Part shown: piece after piece, positions 27,820 to 36,682 of the stretch | Layout of the letters: each line of letters starts with the position of its first letter | How positions within the stretch are numbered: the first letter of the stretch is position 1 | Source: Alphaproteobacteria bacterium | GTDB taxonomy: Bacteria; Pseudomonadota; Alphaproteobacteria; Rs-D84; CACZYB01 | DNA: 64,000 nt | Reading direction: 5' to 3' | NCBI GenBank assembly: GCA_017938435.1 | Contig: JAGBBO010000006.1 | Coordinates: 8,945-72,944 of the forward strand | Made by a program: the position numbers and the translations under genes | Notes under the pieces: model-generated | Databases searched by the model: none | The model's input: the letters and a program-made list of their open reading frames with translations, nothing else | What the model was told of the DNA's origin: nothing

Positions 27820-30606
27820 ATGCAAAAAAAATACATTCTTGTTGATGGATCTGGTTATATTTTTAGGGCGTTTTATGCTTTACCACCTATTTCCAGAAGT
27901 GACAATTTGCCTGTTGGTGCAGTGTATGGATTTTGCAATATGCTTTTAAAACTTTTGAATGAAAGACATAATCCAAACGAAATTATTGCTGTGATTTTTG
28001 ATAAGGCTAGAAAAAATTTTAGAAATGAAATTTATCCTGAATACAAGGCAAATCGTTCAGAAACTCCGGAAGAACTTATTCCTCAATTTTCATATATAAG
28101 AAAAGCTGTGGAGGCATTCAATATTGCATCTATTGAACAGGCTGGGTTCGAAGCTGATGATTTAATTGCAACTTATGCGACACAAGCCGAAGCAAATGGT
28201 GATAAAGTCGTAATTTATTCATCGGATAAAGATTTAATGCAACTTATGACTCCGAATATTCGTATTCATGATCCACTTAAAAACAAAGATATTGATGAAG
28301 AAACTGTGCTTCAAAAATTCGGTGTTGAACCATCAAAAGTCATTGAAGTTCAAGCCTTAATTGGTGATAGTGTAGATAATATTCCTGGGGTTCGTGGTAT
28401 TGGTCCAAAGACTGCGGCTGAACTTATTCTAAAGTATGGAAGCATTGAAAATTTGATTGAAAATGCAAAAAATATTAAACAGGACAAACGCCGTCAGATG
28501 ATTATTGATGGGGCTGAAAATGCAAAAATTTCGAAACAACTTGCAACACTTAAAAAAGATGTGCCCGTAGAATTTCCATTATCTTCTATTGTAAATTGTC
28601 CCGTTGAAAAAAATAGGATTATGGCATTTTTAGAAGAAATGGAATTTAAATCTTTGGTAACAAAAGCGAATAATTTCATTGATAGTGTAAACAAAATTTT
28701 TGATGAAAATGCTATTATTGTATCAGAAGTTGAACCAGAGAAAAAAGTATTTAAACAAATTGAAAAACATTATGAACTTGTTCGTGATATTCCTACACTT
28801 GAAAAATGGATAAAAGAGTGTGAAAACAAGGGAATATTTGCTGTTGATACAGAAACAACTGGACTTAATAGTTTGGATGCAAAAATTGTAGGTATGAGTA
28901 TTGCAACAGATGAAGGAAAGGCTTGCTATATTCCTATACACCATATAAAAAAAGTATTTGATGGGGCTGATTTATTTAATGATGGTCAGGATGTATTGCA
29001 AGAAAATCAAATTCCAATAGATGAACTTGTTAAACGAATAAAACCTCTGCTTGAAAATCCAAACATAAAAAAAATTGGGCATAATATAAAATATGATATG
29101 CACATTTTTAAACAACTTGGAATAACGGTATATCCAATAGAAGATACTATGGTAATGAGTTATGTATTGGATAGTTCAAAAAATCTTCATAATATGGATG
29201 AACTTGCAAATATACATCTTGGATATACAACAATTCATTATACTGATGTATGTGGAACTGGAAAAGCACAAATTTCATTTTCCGAAGTGCCATTTGATAA
29301 AGCGTTGGATTACGCAGCCGAAGATGCTGATGTAACTTTACGACTTTACAATAATTTTAAGGAAAGAATTGAAAAAGAAAATTGTTCGGAAATTTATTAC
29401 AATATCGATTTACCACTTATTTATAATCTTTTTGAAATGGAAGAATTGGGTGTGTGTGTCGATACAGAAAAACTGATATCGTTAAGTAAAAATTTTGAAG
29501 AAATTTTGACTGGACTTGCAACTGAAATTTACACATTGTCAGGAATGGAATTTAATATACTTTCACCAAAACAACTTGGAGAAGTATTGTTTGAAAAAAT
29601 GGCTATACCCTACCCTGAAAAAAACAAAAAATCTTACTCAACAGATGTGGAAATTTTAAAACAACTTTCGTATCAAGGGTATGAAATTGCAGGTAAAGTT
29701 TTGAAATATCGTGAACTTGCAAAACTTAAAAGCACTTATGCTGATGCCTTAGTAGGACAAGTTTTACCAAGGGATAATCGTGTTCACACAAACTATTTTC
29801 AATGTGGAACATCAACAGGAAGACTTTCATCAAACGATCCAAATCTTCAAAATATTCCTGTGCGTTCCGAACTTGGAAAAGATATTCGCTCAGCATTTGT
29901 GGCAAAGGATGGATATATGCTTTTATCCGCAGATTACTCGCAAATAGAATTGCGACTTATGGCTGCAACTGCACATGTAAAAAATTTGGAAAAAGCTTTC
30001 TTGGATAATGTTGATATTCATACAAGAACTGCATCTCAAATTTTTGGTATTCCTGAAAATGAAATGACTCCGGATATAAGGAGAAAAGCAAAGGCAATAA
30101 ACTTTGGCATCATTTATGGAATATCTGCTTTTGGATTGGCGAAACAACTTGATATTCCTCAAACCGAAGCAAAAGAATATATTGATAATTATTTTAAAAT
30201 ATACCCTGAAATCCTTGATTATATGGAAAAGGCAAAAGCATTCGCTCATGCAAATGGATATGTTGAAACTATTTATGGAAGAAAACTTTTTATTGCAAAT
30301 ATAAATAATCCAAGATTAAAGGCGTATGCTGAACGTGCTGCAATAAATGCTCCGATGCAAGGAACTGGCGCTGAAATATTAAAGAAAGCTATGATTCGAA
30401 TCCGTGAAATTTTAAAGAAACAAAATTTAGAATCAGATGTTCGTATGTTATTACAGGTGCATGATGAACTTGTCTTTGAAGTTAAGGAAGATAAGATTGA
30501 AATCGCAACTAAGATAATAAAAGAAACTATGGAAAACATTGAAAAATTCTCTATTCCTTTGGTTGTAGAAGTTGGTGTTGCCAAAAATTGGACAGATGCA
30601 CATTAA
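27820..30606 (+). CDS. polA: DNA polymerase I (5'-3' exonuclease, 3'-5' exonuclease and polymerase domains)
   Basis: 5'-nuclease N-terminus (ILVDGSGYIFRAFYA), 3'-5' exonuclease (FAVDTETTGLN), polymerase motifs A (LLSADYSQIELR), B (RRKAKAINFGIIYG) and C (QVHDELVFE). Confidence 0.95.
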   Translation: MQKKYILVDGSGYIFRAFYALPPISRSDNLPVGAVYGFCNMLLKLLNERHNPNEIIAVIFDKARKNFRNEIYPEYKANRSETPEELIPQFSYIRKAVEAFNIASIEQAGFEADDLIATYATQAEANGDKVVIYSSDKDLMQLMTPNIRIHDPLKNKDIDEETVLQKFGVEPSKVIEVQALIGDSVDNIPGVRGIGPKTAAELILKYGSIENLIENAKNIKQDKRRQMIIDGAENAKISKQLATLKKDVPVEFPLSSIVNCPVEKNRIMAFLEEMEFKSLVTKANNFIDSVNKIFDENAIIVSEVEPEKKVFKQIEKHYELVRDIPTLEKWIKECENKGIFAVDTETTGLNSLDAKIVGMSIATDEGKACYIPIHHIKKVFDGADLFNDGQDVLQENQIPIDELVKRIKPLLENPNIKKIGHNIKYDMHIFKQLGITVYPIEDTMVMSYVLDSSKNLHNMDELANIHLGYTTIHYTDVCGTGKAQISFSEVPFDKALDYAAEDADVTLRLYNNFKERIEKENCSEIYYNIDLPLIYNLFEMEELGVCVDTEKLISLSKNFEEILTGLATEIYTLSGMEFNILSPKQLGEVLFEKMAIPYPEKNKKSYSTDVEILKQLSYQGYEIAGKVLKYRELAKLKSTYADALVGQVLPRDNRVHTNYFQCGTSTGRLSSNDPNLQNIPVRSELGKDIRSAFVAKDGYMLLSADYSQIELRLMAATAHVKNLEKAFLDNVDIHTRTASQIFGIPENEMTPDIRRKAKAINFGIIYGISAFGLAKQLDIPQTEAKEYIDNYFKIYPEILDYMEKAKAFAHANGYVETIYGRKLFIANINNPRLKAYAERAAINAPMQGTGAEILKKAMIRIREILKKQNLESDVRMLLQVHDELVFEVKEDKIEIATKIIKETMENIEKFSIPLVVEVGVAKNWTDAH

Positions 30607-30680
30607 AAAAATATAAAAAAAACTTTACAAATTTTTTTCTGTTTGATATCATACTGGTGTTGAGAAATTGGGGGGGCGCT

Positions 30681-31085
30681 ATGAATATCTTTCGAAATAT
30701 TTTTATTTTAGTATTCGCTGTTTTGTGGTCTTCTGTTTCTTATTCGGCTGATAGAGCTGCGATTGAATCTGCATTATCTAAATACTGTATAGGTTGTAGA
30801 GTAAATGCCGATGATGAACAGGTTCCAGTCTATACTCCAAGTAAGACAGATAAGCCAACAATGTGTGGTTGTGATACATCTTCTGGATATGTTTATAATA
30901 CAACAAAGAGAATCTGTAAACTTTGTGAAAACGGATCTGTTGCGACTACATTTGCTGTGGATTGCCAACCTATTGTTTGCCCAAGAGGAACTTATAGAGC
31001 GGAGGTTGCAAAATGGAATCAAAATTGCCCAAGAGGTTCATATCAAGGAATTTTAATAAATCAAAATACAACATATATTAAATAG
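30681..31085 (+). CDS. Secreted cysteine-rich protein with GCC2/GCC3 (ephrin-receptor-like) CxxCPxG[ST]Y repeats. Start placed at ATG 30681, after the G7 ribosome-binding site
   Basis: Signal peptide MNIFRNIFILVFAVLWSSVSYSA. Repeats CQPIVCPRGTY and CPRGSY, plus CGCDTSSGYVY. G7 run at 30670-30676, 4 nt before the ATG. Confidence 0.6.
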   Translation: MNIFRNIFILVFAVLWSSVSYSADRAAIESALSKYCIGCRVNADDEQVPVYTPSKTDKPTMCGCDTSSGYVYNTTKRICKLCENGSVATTFAVDCQPIVCPRGTYRAEVAKWNQNCPRGSYQGILINQNTTYIK

Positions 31086-31096
31086 TGGGGTTCATT

Positions 31097-31849
31097 ATGA
31101 AGATAAAATTACTTAAATTGTTAGATAAAATTTTAAAAATGTTTGCATTTATTGGATTGTTTTCTTTTAAAACATCAACTAATGCTCAAACTGCATATCA
31201 ATGTTTACCATGTCCAGAAGGATATACGACTTCGTCTGCTGGTGCGACTTCTAGTTCTAGTTGTGTTCCTGTTAGACAAGCAACTGGCGATTTTGTGAAG
31301 ACTTGCACTAATGCAAATTGCACAGGAACGCTTACAAGGGGTTGGTATAGAATCACTTTGAATACAGCAAATGGTTCTGCTGGTGCTGGTGTTGCTGCTG
31401 TTGGAAATAGTAAAAGTTGTTGTCATACATACAATAATACTTGTATGGCATACAACGAAGTTGCTGGTTGTGTAGCAAGAAATGGTGGTGCTGGTGGTAA
31501 AGGATTAACAAAATCTTATGTGATTTATTTGTCAGAAACTGCTTCTTATTCTTACACATACAATAGTGGTGCGCCAAAGATTGTTATTTCAAATAGCAAG
31601 GATGGAACAAGGACTTTCCAACTTTCTGCTGCGGGAAATGGAACAAACGCATCAAGATCATCGAAATCGGTATCTAACTCTTCAACATATCCTGCTTGCA
31701 CTAAAACTACTTGGACAAGTGCTGCTGGAACAAATGGAGCTGCTTCGACTGTTAGAATCGAAAGTGGTTTGATTGGAAGAGATGCTTCTAGTTCTGCTAT
31801 TGATGGAACAACATCTGGAACTGGTGTAAAAATTACAAAACTTTCTTAA
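31097..31849 (+). CDS. Secreted Ser/Thr/Gly/Ala-rich protein with an N-terminal CxxCPxGY cysteine motif. Start at ATG 31097, after a GGGG ribosome-binding site
   Basis: Signal peptide MKIKLLKLLDKILKMFAFIGLFSF...A. Motif YQCLPCPEGYTTSS...CVP. Low-complexity S/T/G/A/N-rich body. 11 nt after the upstream gene. Confidence 0.55.
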   Translation: MKIKLLKLLDKILKMFAFIGLFSFKTSTNAQTAYQCLPCPEGYTTSSAGATSSSSCVPVRQATGDFVKTCTNANCTGTLTRGWYRITLNTANGSAGAGVAAVGNSKSCCHTYNNTCMAYNEVAGCVARNGGAGGKGLTKSYVIYLSETASYSYTYNSGAPKIVISNSKDGTRTFQLSAAGNGTNASRSSKSVSNSSTYPACTKTTWTSAAGTNGAASTVRIESGLIGRDASSSAIDGTTSGTGVKITKLS

Positions 31850-31958
31850 TATAAAAATTAAACTAAAAAATGAAAAAGAAAGTATTATTTACTTTCTTTT
31901 TTTATTTTGCTATGGTAAAATTTGTAAATAAAATTATGAAGGTTAGGAAAATTTATAA

Positions 31959-32318
31959 ATGGCAAAAGAAAATGAAGAAATGATTATAATTCCAGTTGGC
32001 CTTAATTATGGAAAATGTATTACCTATGATGATTTACAAGAAGCTGGTTTTTATAACACTTTGTCCGATATTGATGAGCATATGCGTGATTGTTTGAAAC
32101 GTGCCGATGAGATAAAGGACGCTATTGAAATGGCTGAAAAGGAACGCTATTTTTCCGTATCTGATAGAAATAAGGATTACACTGGTTTGGAATTAAAGTT
32201 CGAAAAATTAAGAAATGAACTCGCTTCGTTTCATGATTTTATTATGCAATTTGGCGATAATGAAGTATGGAATTCTGTTGTAAGAAATTTTCCTGATGAA
32301 AATAAGGGTGAAAAATGA
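31959..32318 (+). CDS. Hypothetical protein, 119 aa, acidic. Its stop overlaps the start of the downstream glycosyltransferase (ATGA)
   Basis: ORF with a 4-nt overlap to the GT2+GT8 gene. No family recognised. Confidence 0.4.
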   Translation: MAKENEEMIIIPVGLNYGKCITYDDLQEAGFYNTLSDIDEHMRDCLKRADEIKDAIEMAEKERYFSVSDRNKDYTGLELKFEKLRNELASFHDFIMQFGDNEVWNSVVRNFPDENKGEK

Positions 32319-34162
32319 AAGATTTAATTTCTGTTATTGTTTTGGTTTATAACCGTGAAAAAGTTGTTGGACGATGTTTGGAACACCTTATCAATCAGTC
32401 ATACAAAAATCTTGAAATTATTTGTGTAAATGATGGTTCAAAGGATAAATCTTTAGAAATTTTACAAGAGTATGCAAAAAAAGATAGTCGTATAAAAATA
32501 ATAAACAATCCTAAAAATATGGGCATTGCTTATTCTCGAAATGCTGGTCTTGATGCTGCAACTGCGGAATACATTATGTGGTGTGATAGTGATGATTGGT
32601 ATGATAGGCATATGTGCAAAACAATGCTTAAAGCCATTACACAAAATAATGTAGATTATGCTGAATGTCCTGCAAAAATTGTATATGAAAATGAAAATCT
32701 TGGCGTTAGAAAAAATTGGAATCAACAACGTGATTGGGAGTTAAGGTGGACTGGTAAAAAGAAGGTTGATTTGGCTGTTTGCAGACATACTGGCTGTTTT
32801 TTATGGAATAAAATTTTCAAAAAATCATTTATAAATAAGTATGGTTTAAGAATTCCAAATATCAACACTCATGAAGATACTATTTTCGTGTCTATTTATA
32901 TTATGCTTTCAAAAAATGCGTATCTTGTGAAGGAAAAACTTTACTATTATGTAATTCATTCTGGTTCGACTATTGATAAAGTATATGAAGAAAAACGAGG
33001 ATTTACTGAGTTTGAAGAAGTTGAATATTTTTCAAAGTGGGCTGGTGGATTTATTAAGGAACATGGACTTACACAAATATATCCTATGTATAATGAACTG
33101 TTATATACAAAGATATTTAATTTTCTACTGAATGCAAGCATACTTACAAATAATATTCAAATAATCTTAGGTAAAAAACTTGAAGATTTAAAAAAAAAAT
33201 TTGAACAGTTGAACGAAATTGAAGTAAAAGCTCTTTTAAAAAAAGAGGATGAAATCAAGTTACAAAAGATAGCAGAAAGAAATAAAATTATAGAAAAAGA
33301 AAATAAAATTCGAGAAGTTAAATTCGAACCTATGGATATATTTTTTACTGCTGATGATAAGTATGCTGAACATTTGGCAACTACTTTGGTTTCGATACTT
33401 TTGAATGCAAATTATTCTGATGAATTTAATTTTCATATTTTAGATGGTGGCATTTCGTGGCTAAACAAACGAAAAATCCTTAAACTAAAAAATATAAAAT
33501 CATGTAATATTGAATTTTTAAAAGTTGATACAAGTCTTTTTAAAAATTTTCCATTGGAAATTTCTTATATGTCCCTTGCAACATATTATAAATACCTTAT
33601 TCCAAGAATAAAAAGAAAAATCAAACGTGCACTTTATTTGGATTGCGATTTGATTGTAAGGGATTCACTTCATAATTTTTATTATCAAGATTTTAAAAAC
33701 AAGGCGGTTGTTGTTTGCGATGATGCGTATTGGGATTCTGATTTTGCGAAAAAATATAAAATCAAAAATTATTTCAATGCTGGTGTTATGTTGATTGATT
33801 GCGTTAAATGGCGTGCAAAAAAGTATATTGATGAACTTTTTAAACAAACAAAACTTTTGAAAGATGATATAAAACACGAAGATCAAGATGTGTTAAATTA
33901 TGTCCTTAAAAATGACAAGTTATTGGAAAGCCAAAGATATAATCTTCAAGTATATTCATCTATTACTCATAAATTCAAAGGATTGAAAAAAGATACAATA
34001 CTTTCCATTACTGCAAATCCTGCGATTGTGCATTATAATACAAAAGAAAAGCCATGGACTGGACATTCAATACACCCTTACACTATGGAATATTTTATTT
34101 ACAAAAATAAAACCCCGTTTAAAAACAGGGTTAAGAAAGATTTAGAAAAAGTCATTGGATAA
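32315..34162 (+). CDS. Bifunctional glycosyltransferase: N-terminal GT2 plus C-terminal GT8, joined by a coiled-coil linker
   Basis: GT2: SVIVLVYN...CVNDGSKD...YIMWCDSDD. GT8: LDCDLIV (DxD), YFNAGVMLID, DQDVLN, VHYNTKEKPW. Paralog of 16139-17860. Confidence 0.8.
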   Translation: MKDLISVIVLVYNREKVVGRCLEHLINQSYKNLEIICVNDGSKDKSLEILQEYAKKDSRIKIINNPKNMGIAYSRNAGLDAATAEYIMWCDSDDWYDRHMCKTMLKAITQNNVDYAECPAKIVYENENLGVRKNWNQQRDWELRWTGKKKVDLAVCRHTGCFLWNKIFKKSFINKYGLRIPNINTHEDTIFVSIYIMLSKNAYLVKEKLYYYVIHSGSTIDKVYEEKRGFTEFEEVEYFSKWAGGFIKEHGLTQIYPMYNELLYTKIFNFLLNASILTNNIQIILGKKLEDLKKKFEQLNEIEVKALLKKEDEIKLQKIAERNKIIEKENKIREVKFEPMDIFFTADDKYAEHLATTLVSILLNANYSDEFNFHILDGGISWLNKRKILKLKNIKSCNIEFLKVDTSLFKNFPLEISYMSLATYYKYLIPRIKRKIKRALYLDCDLIVRDSLHNFYYQDFKNKAVVVCDDAYWDSDFAKKYKIKNYFNAGVMLIDCVKWRAKKYIDELFKQTKLLKDDIKHEDQDVLNYVLKNDKLLESQRYNLQVYSSITHKFKGLKKDTILSITANPAIVHYNTKEKPWTGHSIHPYTMEYFIYKNKTPFKNRVKKDLEKVIG

Positions 34163-34181
34163 AACTTTTCACTTAAAATTT

Positions 34182-35138
34182 CTATTTTGTAAATTTAATA
34201 TATGAGAAATCAGACACAGGATCCAATTCTATTTCATCCCCATCCGAATCTTTTTTTACTTTTGTATTATTTTCATACCAATTATCAAATTCTTCTTGAA
34301 TCATCTCGTCATCACCATCATATGAGAAAGTTGCATATATACCATTTAATCCACTTGGACAATAAGAAGCTCCATTATCAACATAAAAATAATACTTATC
34401 TAAATCTGATTTTAATATAGATTTATTTCCCAAATAATATTCCTCATTTGCTGATACATCTTTACAGAAATGACCACCATCATTTGGATTATCACCATCA
34501 GGTTCAAAATCATATACATATTTAGGGCTATTTTTAAATTTATTGATAATATCACTTTTAACAGAATTATTGTTACCATTTGCACGAATTTGAGCATTGG
34601 CAATAGCTTTTTGAACATTCATATCATTCATTTGATTTTCTGTTATCAATTTCATTCCACAATCGCTATACCTAAACGAAAAAGAAACATAATCTTTCAT
34701 TTTACTGAGATTTATTAAATCTGATAACTTATAAAAATTTCCTTCTTTTAATATTGTAGTTTTATTTTTAAATATATTTCCAAAAATTATATTATCAGAG
34801 AAACTCATAAAACCATTATCACAAACGGGAATATCTTCTATAAAAATATTCGAGTTAGTATCAGGACAATTACATGAAACACGAGAAGTATTTTCAGAAG
34901 AAATTGAAGTATTAGTTATTGGTTTTCTTGAAACGCTTTTAGCACTTGCCCTTTTACTTGACCTTGTCACAGAAACATTAGCTTTCTGACTTGAACCGGA
35001 CCTTTTACTTGATTTTGTTGAAGACGATGTTGCATTTTTTGAACTTGCAGAACGCAAGCCTTTTTTTGAAGATTTTTGAGTTTTTGCCAGCGAGTTTTCA
35101 CCCAATATAACAACAGATACAACTATCGCTGAAAGCAA
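34182..35138 (-). CDS. Secreted protein with a Ser/Lys/Thr-rich low-complexity N-terminal region and a Cys-containing C-terminal domain. Probable TTG start
   Basis: Signal-peptide-like N-terminus (LLSAIVVSVVILGENSLA). About 70 aa of S/K/T/R low complexity. Ribosome-binding site AGGGA upstream of TTG. In-frame TAG immediately upstream. Confidence 0.5.
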   Translation of the reverse strand: MLSAIVVSVVILGENSLAKTQKSSKKGLRSASSKNATSSSTKSSKRSGSSQKANVSVTRSSKRASAKSVSRKPITNTSISSENTSRVSCNCPDTNSNIFIEDIPVCDNGFMSFSDNIIFGNIFKNKTTILKEGNFYKLSDLINLSKMKDYVSFSFRYSDCGMKLITENQMNDMNVQKAIANAQIRANGNNNSVKSDIINKFKNSPKYVYDFEPDGDNPNDGGHFCKDVSANEEYYLGNKSILKSDLDKYYFYVDNGASYCPSGLNGIYATFSYDGDDEMIQEEFDNWYENNTKVKKDSDGDEIELDPVSDFSYIKFTK

Positions 35139-35275
35139 GATTTTCCCTAGGTTTGAAGGGATTTGCCCCCCTATTCGTCTATTTTATCTAATCATATTTT
35201 CTTCTTTTTTATCGTGTCTAAGATAAACCTATATTTTTTATATTTTAGGAATACATACAAGAAAAATATAATTTT

Positions 35276-35305
35276 TGTTGAAATTTAGATTTTTAGGAGT
35301 ATAAT
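35276..35305 (+). promoter_or_regulatory. Sigma-70-like promoter for the tRNA-Arg gene (-35 TTGAAA, 18-nt spacer, -10 TATAAT)
   Basis: Consensus hexamers read directly, 24 nt upstream of the mature tRNA 5' end. Confidence 0.5.
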
Positions 35306-35329
35306 TCCCTTTGTATTTCATTTCAGATT

Positions 35330-35406
35330 GCGCCGTTAGCTCAATTGGATAGAGTATCTGACTACGGATCAGAAGGTTAGAGGTTCGACTCCCCTACGGC
35401 GCACCA
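35330..35406 (+). tRNA. tRNA-Arg (anticodon ACG), CCA encoded
   Basis: 7-bp acceptor stem GCGCCGT/ACGGCGC, D-arm AGCTCAATTGGATAGAGT, anticodon stem-loop tctga-CTACGGA-tcaga, T-arm AGAGGTTCGACTCCCCT, discriminator A plus CCA. Confidence 0.9.
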
Positions 35407-35751
35407 CTTTACATAATCCTTACTTTTTAGCATAGCATCGAACGGTTTAGTTATTGATAATACTAACTTTTTTGAATCCAATAAAGAGTTCGGAATTAAA
35501 ATTTGTAAAATTTCCTTTTTTAAAGAAAAATCCGAACCAATAAAATATTTACCAATATTGTTTGCAAAATCTACGACTCCATTAACTATTTGATTTATCT
35601 CGCCATTCACAATGTCATAAGATACAAGCTTTTGAGTCTATCGGTAATACAAACCTTGATTTACAATTTTCAACGAAAGATTATTTTCACTTGAAAGTAG
35701 TTTTTATAGAAAGTAAAATATCTGTATATGAAATAAAAAAGAGAGGTAAAA

Positions 35752-36462
35752 ATGAAAAAAATAATATTTACATTGTTCATTTTAATTATATCATTTACTG
35801 CAATAGCAAAGGAATACAATGAAAACGAAACTAAGGATTGTTCCAAAAATTCAGTTCTTATGTTTTGCGATTTAAATGGAAATACCATTACAGGATTTAT
35901 AAAAAAATATTACAAAAATAGCAATTTAAAAGGAGAAATTCCTCTTAAGGATGGTAAAATTGATGGTATAGGTAAATTATATTACGAAAACGGAAATTTA
36001 GAAAAAGAAATGAATTATAAAAATGGTAAACGTGAAGGTTCAACCAAAACATATTATGAAAATGGGAACTTAGAACAAGAAATAAATTATAAAGATGATA
36101 AACCTGAAGGTTTACTTAAGATGTATTCTGAAAATGGAAACTTAGAACAAGAAATAAATTATAAAGATGGTAAAATGAATTTGAACAAAGAATATTTTGA
36201 TAATGGAAATTTAAAGGTAGAAATAAATTATAAAGATGACAAAATTACATCATCCAAAATGTATTTTGAAGGAGGAAGTTTAAGGTTAGAGATGAATCAT
36301 GAAGGTTTAAAAACATATTATTGGAATGGAGATCTAGAACAAGAAGTTTATTTTAAAGATGGTAAAGCTATATCAGGATATATGTATGATGTTTCTGGAA
36401 AAAAGATAGAAATGACCAATGCTCATTTACACAATATGATGAAAAATATAAAAATAAATTAG
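35752..36462 (+). CDS. Secreted MORN-variant (MORN_2 / YwqK-like) repeat protein
   Basis: Signal peptide MKKIIFTLFILIISFTAIA. At least 6 repeats of YYENGNLEqEiNYKDGKxEG. Confidence 0.7.
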   Translation: MKKIIFTLFILIISFTAIAKEYNENETKDCSKNSVLMFCDLNGNTITGFIKKYYKNSNLKGEIPLKDGKIDGIGKLYYENGNLEKEMNYKNGKREGSTKTYYENGNLEQEINYKDDKPEGLLKMYSENGNLEQEINYKDGKMNLNKEYFDNGNLKVEINYKDDKITSSKMYFEGGSLRLEMNHEGLKTYYWNGDLEQEVYFKDGKAISGYMYDVSGKKIEMTNAHLHNMMKNIKIN

Positions 36463-36682
36463 GTTTTTGTAACTAAATCATGCTTAAAATTCTTTTCGTA
36501 TGCTTGGGTAATATTTGTCAGTCGTCTATGGTGCAGTTTGTGTTTCGACATATGGTGGACAGTTAAACTTTTGTTCTTCATACTCATCTTGAAAATGTTT
36601 TATCTTTCTATACAAAGATAGTAATTCTTGCCAATTATTAGCTCGGAAATCACGTAAAATCGTGCACCATTTCATAAAATTG

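Noticed and set aside
33190-33199. A10 homopolymer inside the GT2+GT8 coding region as a phase-variation or transcriptional-slippage site
   Set aside because: A/T runs of 8-10 occur many times in this window (for example at 2070, 7161, 9911, 10146, 60411 and 63105) and are expected by composition in a 70% AT genome. Unlike the G7 and G6 tracts, this one is not statistically unusual.
35377-35610. 77-aa minus-strand ORF overlapping the 3' end of tRNA-Arg
   Set aside because: It is antisense to a well-supported tRNA gene, has no ribosome-binding site and has AT-biased codon usage. It is most likely a spurious ORF. At best it is a remnant of a gene disrupted at the tRNA locus.
35752-36462. MORN_2 / YwqK-family repeats could denote a toxin-antitoxin antitoxin
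   Set aside because: The protein has a signal peptide and no adjacent toxin gene. The repeats more plausibly form a secreted or periplasmic beta-solenoid binding protein.
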